From contig NMRA01000603.1 in NCBI GenBank assembly GCA_002633005.1, positions 41,678-105,677 on the forward strand: DNA of 64,000 nt. The letters run 5' to 3'. This DNA is from Phoronis australis. Its lineage: Eukaryota > Animalia > Phoronida. The stretch's first letter is position 1. Every line of letters starts with the position of its first letter. The position numbers were made by a program, and so were the translations under genes. Under the pieces are notes generated by a model. It worked only from the letters and a program-made list of their open reading frames with translations, made no database searches and was not told where the DNA came from. Of the stretch, positions 1-12,347 are shown piece after piece.

Positions 1-125
1 TTTCATGTGTTATATTTTCAAATATTAATCTCGACCAAGTTGAATTTTAAAATTAAAACACCTAATTCTTTCGTCAAAAGTATAACCTTGTTTTAGAGCT
101 CAATTTCAGTTAACTGGAGAGAACA

Positions 126-288
126 CAGTGGCGGATTTCGAGGGGAGCCAAGGGGGCCATGCCCCCCCTAAAATTCTCCCACATTCCATTTGGCAGTTCA
201 GGAGCGCGAATGTCTGACGGCAAAATCCTGGCTAATAATATGCCTTGCCCCCCCCCCCAACTTAAAGTCCTGGATCCCCCGGCCCCTG
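126..288 (+). mobile_element. GC-rich MITE family A (CAGTGGCGGAT...ATCC..CCCCTG), hAT-like, copy 1
   Basis: Imperfect TIRs cagtggcggatt / ggatccccc..cccctg. Flanked by an exact 5-bp direct repeat GAACA (121-125, 289-293). Core 'aaattctcccacattccatttggcagttc' is shared with copies at 2195, 34442 and 47887. Confidence 0.75.
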
Positions 289-1009
289 GAACAAGCATAG
301 TTATCATGTTTCTTCAGAGGCTTCGTTCATATCCGAGGGGAAAGGTGACTCCCGATCACCATCAATAGCACGCGGCCCTGATGCAAGCTCTCATAGTTCT
401 GTCTCAAGTAGTATTTTCAGTGGCTGACCACTGAGGGGGGGCCCGACTCCACGGAGAAGCGGGCAAAGCGCGATTGTATGCACGCAGGCGGCCCGGAAGT
501 CGCGGGCGCCGAGGATGTATACCTTCTGCTCAGGAAATCTGTCGTTGGACTATAAAAAACCGGAACGTGTTTTTCTCCCTTGTCTGCTACCGGTCCTAGC
601 TCGAACTCAGTATTTCCTCCCGCTTCACGTTTTTCTGGTTTATCATTTGCTTGCGGCAGTCAAGGGGGGCGGGCCCCTAGCCCCACCCCCCCCCCCCCTT
701 AGTCCGCCTATGCTTTTCTTCGTTTTCAAATTCTCACCTCTGTGGTCACAGGTGATTTGAACCGTCAATCACTAAGGGAATTTTTAGCTCTTGTGGGGCC
801 GGGAATTTTGCTTGATTTTTTGAGAGGGGAACGGGGCCTATATTTCGCCCCAAAATTGAAGGATTGAGGGCCCTGTCCGTTTTGTAAAGAAAAATGCTTC
901 GCGCTTCAACCCATAGTCATGAAAACACAGCATGGCTGGCCGAAGATTCTCCAGTCCTCGTTGCTATGGAGGCAACCGAGATGAGACAAATTATGATTCG
1001 AAAACAGTT

Positions 1010-1230
1010 ATAAATTTTACACGGACATATTTTCCTTCGTCGCGGCGTACGACAGGGACCCAACGGTTCCGAATCCCAGCGTCCTTAGGTATTGTAAACA
1101 GACAGTTGAGTGTCCGTATTTTTTCTAGCTGTTCGAGCAACGCGGAGTACAACTATGCGGATAAGCCACCAGAGCTATCGTAGCGAGCCTCGTTTTGGAA
1201 CGCGCCTCCTGTCGGCGTGAATAGGGCCTA
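1010..1230 (-). pseudogene. Degenerate THAP zinc-finger coding relic next to an ISL2EU-like terminus
   Basis: Minus-strand translation across frameshifts gives HSCTPRCSNS...LFTIPKDAGIRNRWVPVVRRDEGKYVR, matching the THAP pattern C-x-C...F-P-K-D...W...R-R-D-E-G. The end reads ...gtgaatagggcct|att (CT followed by AT). Confidence 0.55.
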
Positions 1231-1249
1231 TTAGTAAAGAGATTCACGA

Positions 1250-1399
1250 CTCCCGTTCAGTAATGCTAGGACCTCGCTAAAAAGCAAGACTTCGCGAGAT
1301 TACGTGAGATATCGCCGTGCATTTTAAATGAGAGCACATGACTTTGATTAGGTTTTAGCTAGGTCCTAGCGTAGGCTCTAGCGTCTACTGAACGCATGC
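1250..1399. mobile_element. ~150-bp palindromic MITE family C (cgttcagta..gctaggacct / aggtcctagc..tactgaacg), copy 1
   Basis: Subterminal inverted repeats; clearly homologous copies at 15403-15544 and 63565-63714. Confidence 0.75.
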
Positions 1400-2194
1400 C
1401 GGGGTTCAAAACTTCCGGTCTCATGGCTAAGCATAGTAACGAAGTACTCTCTGACACAGCGCCACCTACATGTATACTTTTGTTTAGCACTGTGATAGAG
1501 TGTAAGTAACGAAGATGAACTTTGGTTTTTATTTCCCACACCTCAAGCAAATTTTTGAGTTTGAATATAAATTGTTGCGTTTAATGCAAACTAAATCACG
1601 TATGCAAGCCATTCAAGTCAGATTATTGCTAGAAAACGTGTCGGAATTAACTTGACAAGTTGTTGTTGATAGGCCCGAATGCCTGCACACTAACACAAGA
1701 ATCGAGGAGTTTGGCCCAATGAAAAGATTGAGTTAATTAGATAATTCTTTTAACTAAGTTTAATTCTCAGTCGTTTACCATGAAATTTAGTTTGAATTTT
1801 GTGATTTTGTAGGAATTTTGGCTCGACCTAAATGTAGTAGTTTCTCATTCGTCATTACGCCTACAATACATAAGCTGGAGCAAACTACATGTAATGTGGC
1901 CAAAATTCAGCAAGAGCGAAATTTTGCCATATTTCATGATTTTCAGAGGCTCTTATCTATTACCATTCAAAGTGGTGGAAAATGAAAAGTATGCCAGTGA
2001 ATTATTTAACCTTTCTCTTTTCTATTGATATCCGTTTCAACAAGTGGGGGCATCAACAAATATTTTTAAAAATCGAAGTACTGCGAGCACTTGATAAATT
2101 TTTCACTCACCGGTAAATTCTTGTGACATAGAAGGAGATAAATTTTCAGCTGCTAAATGGCCGTTACTGAACCGATTTTAATCATAAGTATATC

Positions 2195-2342
2195 CAGGGG
2201 CGGATCCAGGATTTTGTGTAAGGGGGGCGCAGGGCAGAGTATTAGCCAGGATTTTGCCCTTCAGACATTCTCACCCCCGAACTGCCAAATGGAGTATGGG
2301 AGAATTTCAGGGCGACCTTGGCCAACCCTAAATCCGCCACTG
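2195..2342 (-). mobile_element. MITE family A, copy 2 (reverse orientation)
   Basis: caggggcggatccagg...aaatccgccactg; flanks ATATC / ATGTC (4/5 match, consistent with a 5-bp TSD). Confidence 0.7.
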
Positions 2343-2787
2343 ATGTCAAACTGTTTACTAAAAAATTCTGCCGTAATTGTACACTTTTCATATATTTTTT
2401 GATAAAAGTATGAAAAAATATAGTTTATAAGTGAATCTTATCGGTCTCTCAACTGGAAAAATCTTGAAAGTGTAGACTCAACGTCCTTATCCATTCCCCA
2501 TCATTTTTTTCACTTTATCTCACCTTTTCCATTGAAGAACACTTCCAAAAAAGGTAAATTCAGTTATTTTTCAAGAACCATGTTTACCTTTCCAGGGTTC
2601 AAACTGAACTCAAACTTGATGGGTCAGATGTATTTAACAGAACCAGTCAAATCTTCTTTAATTTACAAAAAGTGGTCCAAATTGGTGAAATATTTTCATT
2701 AAAATAGTACAGAATGTTTTTAAATTCAATTTAACTTTTTGGATGGTCACGAACACAACACATTTCAATTCCTATATTATTTGACAG

Positions 2788-3562
2788 TGTCAGAATATAG
2801 TCTGTGTCGGAATATAGTCTGACAGTATTTTTCGTTGTATTGTATGGTTTTGTTATTCTGTTTGATTGGCATGACCCCCGAGTTAAGTACAATGATGATG
2901 TAATTTGTTTACTACAGAATAGTATGGAACTTTTTAGTAGACCGAGTTCAGTAGTGATGTAATTTGTTTACTGCAGTATAGTGCGGGACTTTCTAGAAGA
3001 CTCTAGCATGACAGTGATTAATGCAGTCTGGAATATTCTAGAGACTAGTACATGTTTATAGAATGATTGGGTAGGTTCCAGAAAGTTCTGGTACGTGCTT
3101 GAATTGATGAAAAGTTCTAGAACAATGCATTAGGCTATAAATACACAAGCACGGGTTTGTGTTAGTCACTTGAGTCTAAGAAGATTAAGTCAGTTCAAGA
3201 GAAGATCAAGTCAGTTCAAGTAAGTCAATCAGGAGAACTACAGTTGAGTTGCAGTGAAGAGAATCAGCAGTTACAGCGATAGTCAATAGAGAGCCAGCTA
3301 TAGAGACAGCAGGTTATTGAATCGAGTGTAACAGTTGCTGAACGTATCTCAGAAGTTCAACACAAGTCAAGGCTTCACAGCACTGGCCGCAGCATAGAAC
3401 AGACATTACGTCGGACGTTTTGTTTGAGTAGGCTTGCGAACGCACGGTCGGGATTAATAAAGGATTAACTCGAACCAGTCTTCAGTCTATCTTCGCACTG
3501 AAAGCTATTAGCACCGGTCTGTAACAACCTGCGCCCACCCACACACGGGGAAAAACGTGGCA
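2788..3562 (+). mobile_element. Solo LTR (775 bp) with 5-bp TSD GACAG
   Basis: TG...CA ends (tgtca...tggca); exact GACAG at 2783-2787 and 3563-3567; TATAAATA near 3137; AATAAA near 3456; short internal direct repeats. Confidence 0.75.
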
Positions 3563-3567
3563 GACAG

Positions 3568-3790
3568 CTTGGGCACACCCGGGGGGCTCGGGGGGCTGGA
3601 ATAAGCCCCTCAATTTGGCGAATTGGGCAAAAAGGTCTGAAACAAAAAGTCCACAGGAATTCGGTGCCGATGCACAATTCGTAGGCCTGAACCTAGTGGC
3701 CCCGTTTTTTTAGTCCTTGTTGATTTGTTTCAGTAAAAGGTCCGCATATCAAAAATTTGAGCCCCTATATTTTAGGCTAGGTACGCGTAT
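3568..3790 (+). mobile_element. MITE family B (catgcgcg.../...cgcgcatg type), diverged copy
   Basis: Core 'aaaagtccacag...atgcacaattc.tagg.ctgaacct' is shared with 32565-32827; right end ggctaggtacgcgtatg. Confidence 0.6.
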
Positions 3791-5199
3791 GAACAGGAAT
3801 GAAATTGATTTAAATTTAATTGAAATTTAAGGGTCTTATTTAATTTTGTGTAATTAAAAATGCACATAATTGTTTTTGCCATATGGTGTGTAACTTAAGA
3901 TTGTCAAAACATTGACCTTACTTGGGAAAAAGAATATATATCCTCAAAGGTTTTTAAGTAATGACGAAATACTCTAAAAAAAGACTAGTTTTCTGGTTTT
4001 TGCTCTATTTGAAATCATTTGTTAAGCAAACTTCATTTTTACAATTGTTTTAAAATACTGTGGAACAAAAGAAATATGTTCACTAAACCGTAGTAATTCT
4101 TGAAGTATTTTGTCGTTTTCAAAGTGGTTTGGTGTCGATGCCAATTTGTTAACCTTCTTGTAAAGGACTTTTCATCTCTTTTCAGGAACTCAGTATGCTA
4201 TGCATTCCCAAATATAGTTGTTTAAACTTGCCATTTTTATGGCGTGAAATTTCTGGGTGCTGTTTGCTGAAAAAGGCTATTTTTGAGGCTCTAATTATCA
4301 AATAACTCGAGAGCCGCCTAAACGATTTAAAATATTCAAAATTTTGTATAAAAGGCTTGTCTTAAGCTACCATTTAAGACGATTCAAGTATTTCTGATAA
4401 AATTTGTATTTCGCTTTGCTCCGACATCTCTATTTTGTAAAACATAGTATGCAAAGGGTGTTTTTGTATTATTTTCTCAGAGATATATACAACACTTTAT
4501 GTAATGTTGTTATGTTTTTTCCTGTTTGTCATTGTAAAAATCAATTCCATTGTATATTTGTGTTGCCAGTTTTCACTTAACAATTGTAAAGTAAGGCAGC
4601 GGAATCCCAGACCCCTGTTACATGTACTTACTCATTAGAACTGGGAAAATAAAAAAATGAAAAATGTGTATTTTGTGTGTGCTGTGCTACCTGATAACCA
4701 CTAAAAATACGGCTGACCAAACACCCTTCACAACCCGACTCTTTCCCTCTCATGTTCTCTGATGTCAAATTTTGTGGTATTTCATTTCAGTTGTTGGTTT
4801 ACTTCATATTGTTATATAATGCAGTAATATAACACTTCAAAACTGCATTCCCTTCACTGAGTATAAAGTACAAAAACTGAAGATATCAAAAATGTAGTAT
4901 ACAAGTTTCTTTTCGAACACTGAATATCTGTTGGCATCACAAAACCCAAAAGAAAATAACGGTGCTAACTGGTCCTTCTAAATTTTGACTTCTTCAATTC
5001 AATCGCAGGTTATCTCTCCACTACTCAACCGATTCTATTTTGGCAAGTGAATATTCACGCTCAGTGCGATAATGAAAATTAGCTCATTTTTTTGTTTTGA
5101 ACTGATGGAAGAGTCCTGGGAGATGAGTTCACTTTCACAAAATCACGTTCTATACAAAACTCTTAGTTCCATATTACTTTACAAATATTCTTCGTGCGA

Positions 5200-5670
5200 T
5201 ATTTAGAACCTATGCTTTTTATTTAGAGGGTGCTCAGACACTGAACGTGAAAAATGGACATTAGGTCAAAATGAGCATACCTACTTCCATAATCATAAGT
5301 ATCCCTTGTCAAAAAGTTGTGGAGAACACGTCAATTGAGTTGCCATGGAGAGCACAGTTTGCTGCGATTGAAAGCATTGGAGTCCCTTTTCATTGCATTC
5401 AAGAAGCCTGTTTTGAATGAGCAGCAAAAGGGGTCATGCTGTATTTGTTTGCGCGATATTCTTGTTATCCCCACCATTTGTCAGTCTTTGCACTATTCCA
5501 CACCTGCTGTGTCCCATTGGGTATTTTACTACCTTGTGCTCTGTGGTGGTATGCTTCGAAATATCGTTTGTCTTTTAATCGTGTCTCTTGGTCAGTTTCT
5601 TTACCAATGTTCTGTTGAGTGTCGAACTTTGTTCTGAGTATGCGAACGGAATGGAATAAAGATTGTTAAC
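5200..5670 (+). mobile_element. Penelope-like retroelement 3' fragment (GIY-YIG endonuclease C-terminus plus 3' UTR)
   Basis: ORF 5317 contains LLRLKALESLFIAFKKPVLNEQ, matching the L..LESL.I...KP.LN.Q tail of Penelope GIY-YIG domains; AATAAA near 5655. Confidence 0.55.
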
Positions 5671-8600
5671 AGCAACAAGTGCCATGTATCGAACCAATTT
5701 TGCATAATCATAAATATATTTAGAAGTTGCCCTACTTTTGGCCTATGATACTAGTGACAGCAACATTTTGACACTCAGGTTTTGCAAATGATATGTCAAT
5801 GTCACTGAGCCTGTTGCCTTCCCCCTGGAACAAAGCTGTGGGAATTACACAAATATTTATTGTGTATCATTGTTACAAACTCATTTTTGTTCGTTAATAC
5901 TTCTACTTATGATTATGAGCTGATTCGTATGGTACTGAATTTAATCAAACACTAATACTACTTGCAGCAAAAAATCAGCTGATGCGACTTAAGTGTAAAC
6001 ATGGGAAAATCAGCTGAAGACGTTTCTGGCGTTAATGACTCATTACATGTCTGAATTATCTTGTGAATGTTTTAAATGACATGACAGAGAACAATACACG
6101 AATTTTATTTTTACATATCTTATAAACACAAAAAATCAAGCAGTTCAACACATTACTTAACCAAATCTTGAAACGAGCGAACGGCTGCACCTTAGAACCG
6201 GAAGTTTTCTATCCTGCATGTGCAGCGCCCTGTTATCGTTATTGCTTATGTCCCTGGGTCTGTGACATGCTCAATACGGCAGACCCTATCTATAGCCTAT
6301 GGTCTAACTAGATCAGCAAAAGCTTCATTGAAATCTGTTCTGTTAATATCAAACTGAATACTGATATAAATTATCCACCCCAATTCAGTAATATTGCTTA
6401 TTATCTGGCCTTTTAATGTGCACTGGCTCTGATAGGCTGTGATTTATGACATTCCAAAATAGGGCATAGTCCAATCGACTCTATGAAGCCTAGAAAATCA
6501 CTTCCGTGGCCAATTTTGGGGCAAGATAATTTTGGTGTTTTTAAGGTCATTAAGTACTATATTTTAAGAATCTAAAAAGTTACCAAGGTTTGACTTGCAC
6601 GTTTTCGAGAAATTTGACCTCAAATATCTGACTTTTTCCATAATTTGGCACAGAAAACCAATCTTCAAAAACCAACAACACTAGACAAAAACTGAATGAT
6701 AACTTGATTGGGATTTGTTCATTTCAAGTTACTGAACAAGAAAAGTGATATATATTATTATATTAAGTGGAAAATTGCTGACCAGAAAACATACTACTAT
6801 ATTCTGATCTGCCAAAAAACAAATGCAGTTAAACATTTGTATGGAACTTGATGAAGATCACAACCTACATATAAACAATATCGATTTCCAACACTTCTGC
6901 AACAAATCCACTGTCATTACTTTCATTAATTGTCACAACTAATTATCATTATCCACATTGCTGTTCACTGTCAACTGTCACAGGGAACGATACACCCGAC
7001 AGTCCACACAGTCACCAGCACGATTAAATGTTGTCAATATTTTCCATTAGGTTGAAAATTTAAAGTTCTTTAACAACATAGCATGCACTGTTTATGTTTC
7101 TTCATCCACTCCATCATTTATATCATCATTATTGTCATCAAAAGTTGTTTTTTGACCGAGACACCGTGTTCACAAAGTCTGGACAGTCGCACAACTTAGA
7201 ACATGGCATGCCTGACTTCAAACAAAAGCACATATTTTACTACAACCACTTCTTTACTCTGCGCGTGTAAGCGCAGAATACTGTTGTCCCTGGGTTTTCT
7301 TCAATTTTATTCTTATTACTCTGCGCGTGTAAGCACAGAGTACTGTTGCTAATGGGTTTTCTTCAATTTTATTATTCTTCTTATTCTTATTCTTCTTCCG
7401 ACCAACTTTGAGGCTAAATAACTCCAAATTTGGTGCAGGTACGGTCTTTAAATTCAGCATATGACTTTTTACAGTATATAAATTTTGATTGGTTAAATAA
7501 TCATATTCCATATTGCACCGGAGAGGTCGTTTGGTGCAAAGGTCATATAATTTTAAAAATGCTACTCCTCCTTCAGTTTTAAAGCTATCTTTTTCAAATT
7601 CGGTGCACAGGTATACACATGTAGGTCATCATAACAATTTAAAATAAATTACGTTCCTTAGTAATCGGGTCATCCAATCAGGTGAAATAGGTCAAAGGTC
7701 ATTAGGTGCAAACTAAAATTTTGAGCTAGACATTTCAAATTGACAGGTCTGATTGCCACAGGTAAACCAAATCGGAATCCAAAGTTTCAGGTTATTTAGT
7801 GCAAACATGAGGTCATTAGGTGCATTTTTCTTCAGAAAATTTTACCTTTTCAATTAGCAAGTATTCTGATGTGTCAACCGTTAGACAACTGTGATTCTCA
7901 GCGTTGAACACATTTTCCATGGGCTTTGCAATAATTCTCCTGAAGATCCTTAAAATGCACCGGATAAGGTCAATTAGTGCAAAGGTCATGTAACGTTCAA
8001 AATGTTATATCTCTTCCATTTTTCAAGGAATTCTGTTCAATTTAAGCACACCCTGGTGTAAGTCAACATGTCAATTGAATACCCTAATTTACTTCGCAAT
8101 AGGCTTAACCAATCAGTAAAAATAGGTCAAAGGTGATTGAGTGGAAACTAAAATTTTGAGCTAGAGACTTCAGAATTACGTATCTGTTTACTGAGTGCAA
8201 TTGAGTTTGAATTCTAAATTTTCAGGACATTTGGTGCACCCATGGGGTCATTAGATGCATTTTTTGACCACTCCATTCATCTTGTATCTGAAGTGCTTAA
8301 AGTAAAACATCTGAGATTATTAGCATTAACCACACTTTTAATCAAGTTAACAATTACTCCCTCATCGGGGCTCATAATGCACCGGAAGAGGTCAATTAGT
8401 GGAAAGGTCTTTAAAACATTAATATGTAATTTCTCTTACAATTTTAAAGAATTCCTTTTCATATTGGTAAACGGGTTGCTGTCAGTAACTTCCCATAATA
8501 ATTCCAGTAATACGCACGCGCAGAGTCCGTTATTGTCACGCCGTGACAATAATCTTTCTAGTTCTTATTCTTCTTCCGACCAACTTTGAGGCTTAATAAC

Positions 8601-9245
8601 TCCAAATCGGGTGCAGGTACAGTAAATTCAGCATATGACTTTTGACAGTACATAAATTTTGATTCGTTATATAATCATATTCCATAATGCAACGGAAGAG
8701 GTCATTTGGTGCAAAGGTCATGTAATTTTCAAAATGATACTCCTTCTTTTTTTAAAAAGCTATTCTTTTCAAATTCGGTACACAGGTATCAATCAATAAA
8801 GCAATTTAAAAAATTACTTTTCTAAGTAATCGTGTCATTAAATCAGGTTAAACCGTTCAAAGGTCATTAGGTGCGAACTAAAATTTTGAGCTAGACACTT
8901 CAAATTCACAGGTCTGATTGGCACAGCTAATTCAATTTGGAGTCCAAAATTTCAGGTCATTTGATGCAAACATGGGGTCATTAGGTGCATTTTTCTTCTG
9001 AAAATTTTACCATTTCATTCTCGAAGTATTCTGATGTGTCAACCGTTAGACAACTGTGATTCTCAGCATTAAACACAATTTTTTATTGGCTTTGCAATAA
9101 TTCTCCTAAAGACGCTTAGAATGCACCGGATAGGGTCAATTAGTGCAAAAGTCATCTAACGTTCAAAATGTTATATCTCTTACGTTTTTTAATGATTTCT
9201 TTTCAATTTCAGCACACTAGTGTACATGTAAGTCAACATGCCAAT

Positions 9246-10636
9246 AGCGGAGTTGCAACCGAATCGATTTAACGATTGCGCATGTCCGGAAATTAGGGTG
9301 CGCAAAGGCTACTGGGATTGTTGATTTTAAACGGGATGGCCGACTGGTTTGCACGACGTGTAATTTGTGTGCATTAAACTACGCTGTTGTATGTAATTCT
9401 GCCGCTATTCGCCCTAATTAGCGCCCATGGCTCAACAAGTGCCCCAACGCGTTTTCAGACTTTGCTAAAGTAAGCGCCCAGCCCATGAACTACATGCGAA
9501 AAATGCCCTTACATACAGTTCTAACGTCTCCAATTTATCAATTGAAAGATCCGACAGCCTGAATTTGTAACGGACCACGAGCCTCACCGTTATGTCCGTA
9601 CACNNNNNNNNNNNNNNNNNNNNNNNNNNNNNNNNNNNNNNNNNNNNNNNNNNNNNNNNNNNNNNNNNNNNNNNNNNNNNNNNNNNNNNNNNNNNNNNNN
9701 NNNNNNNNNNNNNNNNNNNNNNNNNNNNNNNNNNNNNNNNNNNNNNNNNNNNNNNNNNNNNNNNNNNNNNNNNNNNNNNNNNNNNNNNNNNNNNNNNNNN
9801 NNNNNNNNNNNNNNNNNNNNNNNNNNNNNNNNNNNNNNNNNNNNNNNNNNNNNNNNNNNNNNNNNNNNNNNNNNNNNNNNNNNNNNNNNNNNNNNNNNNN
9901 NNNNNNNNNNNNNNNNNNNNNNNNNNNNNNNNNNNNNNNNNNNNNNNNNNNNNNNNNNNNNNNNNNNNNNNNNNNNNNNNNNNNNNNNNNNNNNNNNNNN
10001 NNNNNNNNNNNNNNNNNNNNNNNNNNNNNNNNNNNNNNNNNNNNNNNNNNNNNNNNNNNNNNNNNNNNNNNNNNNNNNNNNNNNNNNNNNNNNNNNNNNN
10101 NNNNNNNNNNNNNNNNNNNNNNNNNNNNNNNNNNNNNNNNNNNNNNNNNNNNNNNNNNNNNNNNNNNNNNNNNNNNNNNNNNNNNNNNNNNNNNNNNNNN
10201 NNNNNNNNNNNNNNNNNNNNNNNNNNNNNNNNNNNNNNNNNNNNNNNNNNNNNNNNNNNNNNNNNNNNNNATTTGTTACTGTTTCTTTGAAGGGAGATAT
10301 TGTTGGGCAGTTTCTAAGATACGTTTTCTTGCCGCCCTCAAAATGAGCGCTGCACACTTTATGCTACGAAGTCGGAAAGAATTCACGAAGTCGGCCTTTG
10401 CTACCAGCTCTTCCGATGTCTCTGACCCATGTTTAACGCAGTTCTTGATCCTTGGGAAACAGGTAGTAACTAATGTTTTTATTTCGCTAACTGGTATTAT
10501 AGCATGCCAGGCACACAACACGTATAACCTCCCTGTGGCCGGTTCGCCCCCACGCTTGCCGACGTACTTGTTTACCAGCTTAACCACAATGCAACATTCT
10601 GACCCATTTCCAATATGGCGGCGTTGCAACTCCGCT
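9246..10636 (-). mobile_element. ISL2EU-like (PIF/Harbinger-related) DNA transposon with THAP pseudogene; spans an assembly gap
   Basis: Perfect 14-bp TIR agcggagttgcaac / gttgcaactccgct. The empty site in the sister tandem unit (caattg, ~8072) versus caat[...]attg shows a 2-bp AT TSD. Confidence 0.8.
10271..10535 (-). pseudogene. THAP domain of the transposase (frameshift plus three stops)
   Basis: GGYTCCVPG/CYNTS*RNKNISYYLFPKDQELR*TWVRDIGRAGSKGRLREFFPTS*HKVCSAHFEGGKKTYLRNCPTI: the C2CH THAP signature with conserved P, W, F and P. Confidence 0.85.
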
Positions 10637-10989
10637 ATTGAACAACCTACTTAACTACGCATTAGGCCTAAACAATCAGAAAAAATAGGTCAAAGGTCAT
10701 TGAGTGCAAAATTAAAATTTTGAGCTAGAGACTTAAAAATTATATATCTGTTTACTACATGTAAATGCGATTGGGTTTGAATTCTAAATTTTTGGGTCAT
10801 TTGGTGCATTTTTCTTCTGAAAGTGACCAATTCATTCATATTGTATTCTTAAGTGCTTAAAGCAAAACATCTGTGATTCTTAGCGTTAACCACACTTTAA
10901 ATTGGTTTTACAATTATTCCCTCATCGGGTTTCGAAATAATGCACCGGAAGAGGTCATTTAGTGGAAAGGTCATCAACTACCCTATTGT

Positions 10990-11210
10990 TAAATCAACTT
11001 CCAGCATTTTTGTCCCATGACTTGCTGACCTCCTCCCTTATACCATTTATAACATTATTGTCCTTTCTTGATATATTTTAAAGGTCGTCCAACTTTTTCT
11101 CTAGCAATTTATGCAACCGTTGAGTTTGACATTCTCAGCCTTTGTCTCTTGAAATTGCTGCCTAGGTTTATCTCCTTCTCCATATCTTCAAATCTGACCT
11201 TTATCTGGTT
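10990..11210 (-). mobile_element. LINE ORF1 relic
   Basis: Minus frame reads LHKLLEKKLDDL*NISRKDNNVINGIREE, resembling the coiled-coil/RRM junction (E..SR..N..I.GI.E) of LINE ORF1 proteins. Confidence 0.4.
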
Positions 11211-12347
11211 CAGTAATTTCTTTGTTTGTTAGTCCTGGATCATGCATGTAGGCCTAATCTGTGACGCTGCGCAGGTGGGGACGGCTCGTTAGAGTTTTTC
11301 GTTTTGCACCACCGGTCAGCATTGTTTACAGTGGCTGTGGAAGTTACGTAACACACTACAGATACGTTGAATGTCCATCGTAATGGCGCAACGTTCGTTT
11401 ACAAAACTTTTACTGTAGCTGCTCTACTGAAGTTTATTGACAATAGCCTCATATTTCAGAGGCATAATTTACAATAGGTGAAACCATGTTGGGAGTATGA
11501 CAATCACGCCTATGTTTCAATTTATTTAGCATGAGCAAGTTTTTGTTATATGTGTACATTGACAGTTTCGGAGTGAAACATGTCCCAAGACATTAACGAG
11601 TTGACCACCAAAATATCACTTTTAATATTTTCGTAGAGGGCCACCTTTATAGAACACTGTCACTCGTCTTTTTAGATTTACCCCCCTCCCCCACAAGTCT
11701 TGTGCAAAGTGTTGTGCAAGTTTCTAGAATACGAGTCTCTAGGATTCCCTTTTGCACTCAATGTAGCTACATGTACGTGTACATTCGATTGCGCAGCAGG
11801 AATGTCTTTTTGCACTCTGTGCCTCTATAAGTTCATTCACGGATGCAGCCGGATACAAATAACCTACCGGCTATTGTCACTAGTCAAATTTTTGTAATAT
11901 CCTGACCCTAACAATAGGCTGCTGTACACGAGTCGGTGATAAACCAAAAAAATGTGATTCATGTGATGAATGTGAAATGAAAACATCATTTCAAATTCTA
12001 ACAAAACTTTGATACTTATGTTACCTAAATACACTTGGGACCTTATTTTGATCAATTTAGCTGGACATTGAACTGGGTAAAAATGACTTAGCGGTAGAAA
12101 TTTGTTCTAGAAACTTTGTTTTTTCACCGTATATTCTTTGAGTTTGATTAAACTCGCGCGTGATTTCACGTACATCAATCAAATTTTGCATCTTATGTGA
12201 AAGTTGGTGGGTTCAAAGAGACATTTTACGACCTGTTTGTTTGAGTTAATGAGCACAAGACTTCAACTTCTGGTCGTAAACCGTCCATTTTAATGAAACG
12301 TAGCAAATGTAGCCACTGAACTAGATAAATTAAAGATTGCAACTCAC

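Larger units (their letters stand above)
7253..10975 (+). mobile_element. Helentron/HINE-like non-autonomous element with ~1.2-kb tandem duplication; second unit interrupted by a DNA transposon
   Basis: 5' end has duplicated actctgcgcgtgtaagc(g/a)cag, then a (TTC/TTA) microsatellite. The 3' sub-TIR cacgcgcagagt (~8515-8526) is followed by stem-loop ttattgtcacg-c-cgtgacaataa and ctagt. A second unit starts ~8563 (ttcttcttccgaccaactttgaggct) and resumes at 10637 after the insertion. Confidence 0.7.

Noticed and set aside
9590-10357. Long ORFs of 232-255 aa in the ORF track
   Set aside because: Artefacts of the N gap (9604-10270); only the flanking THAP fragment is real.
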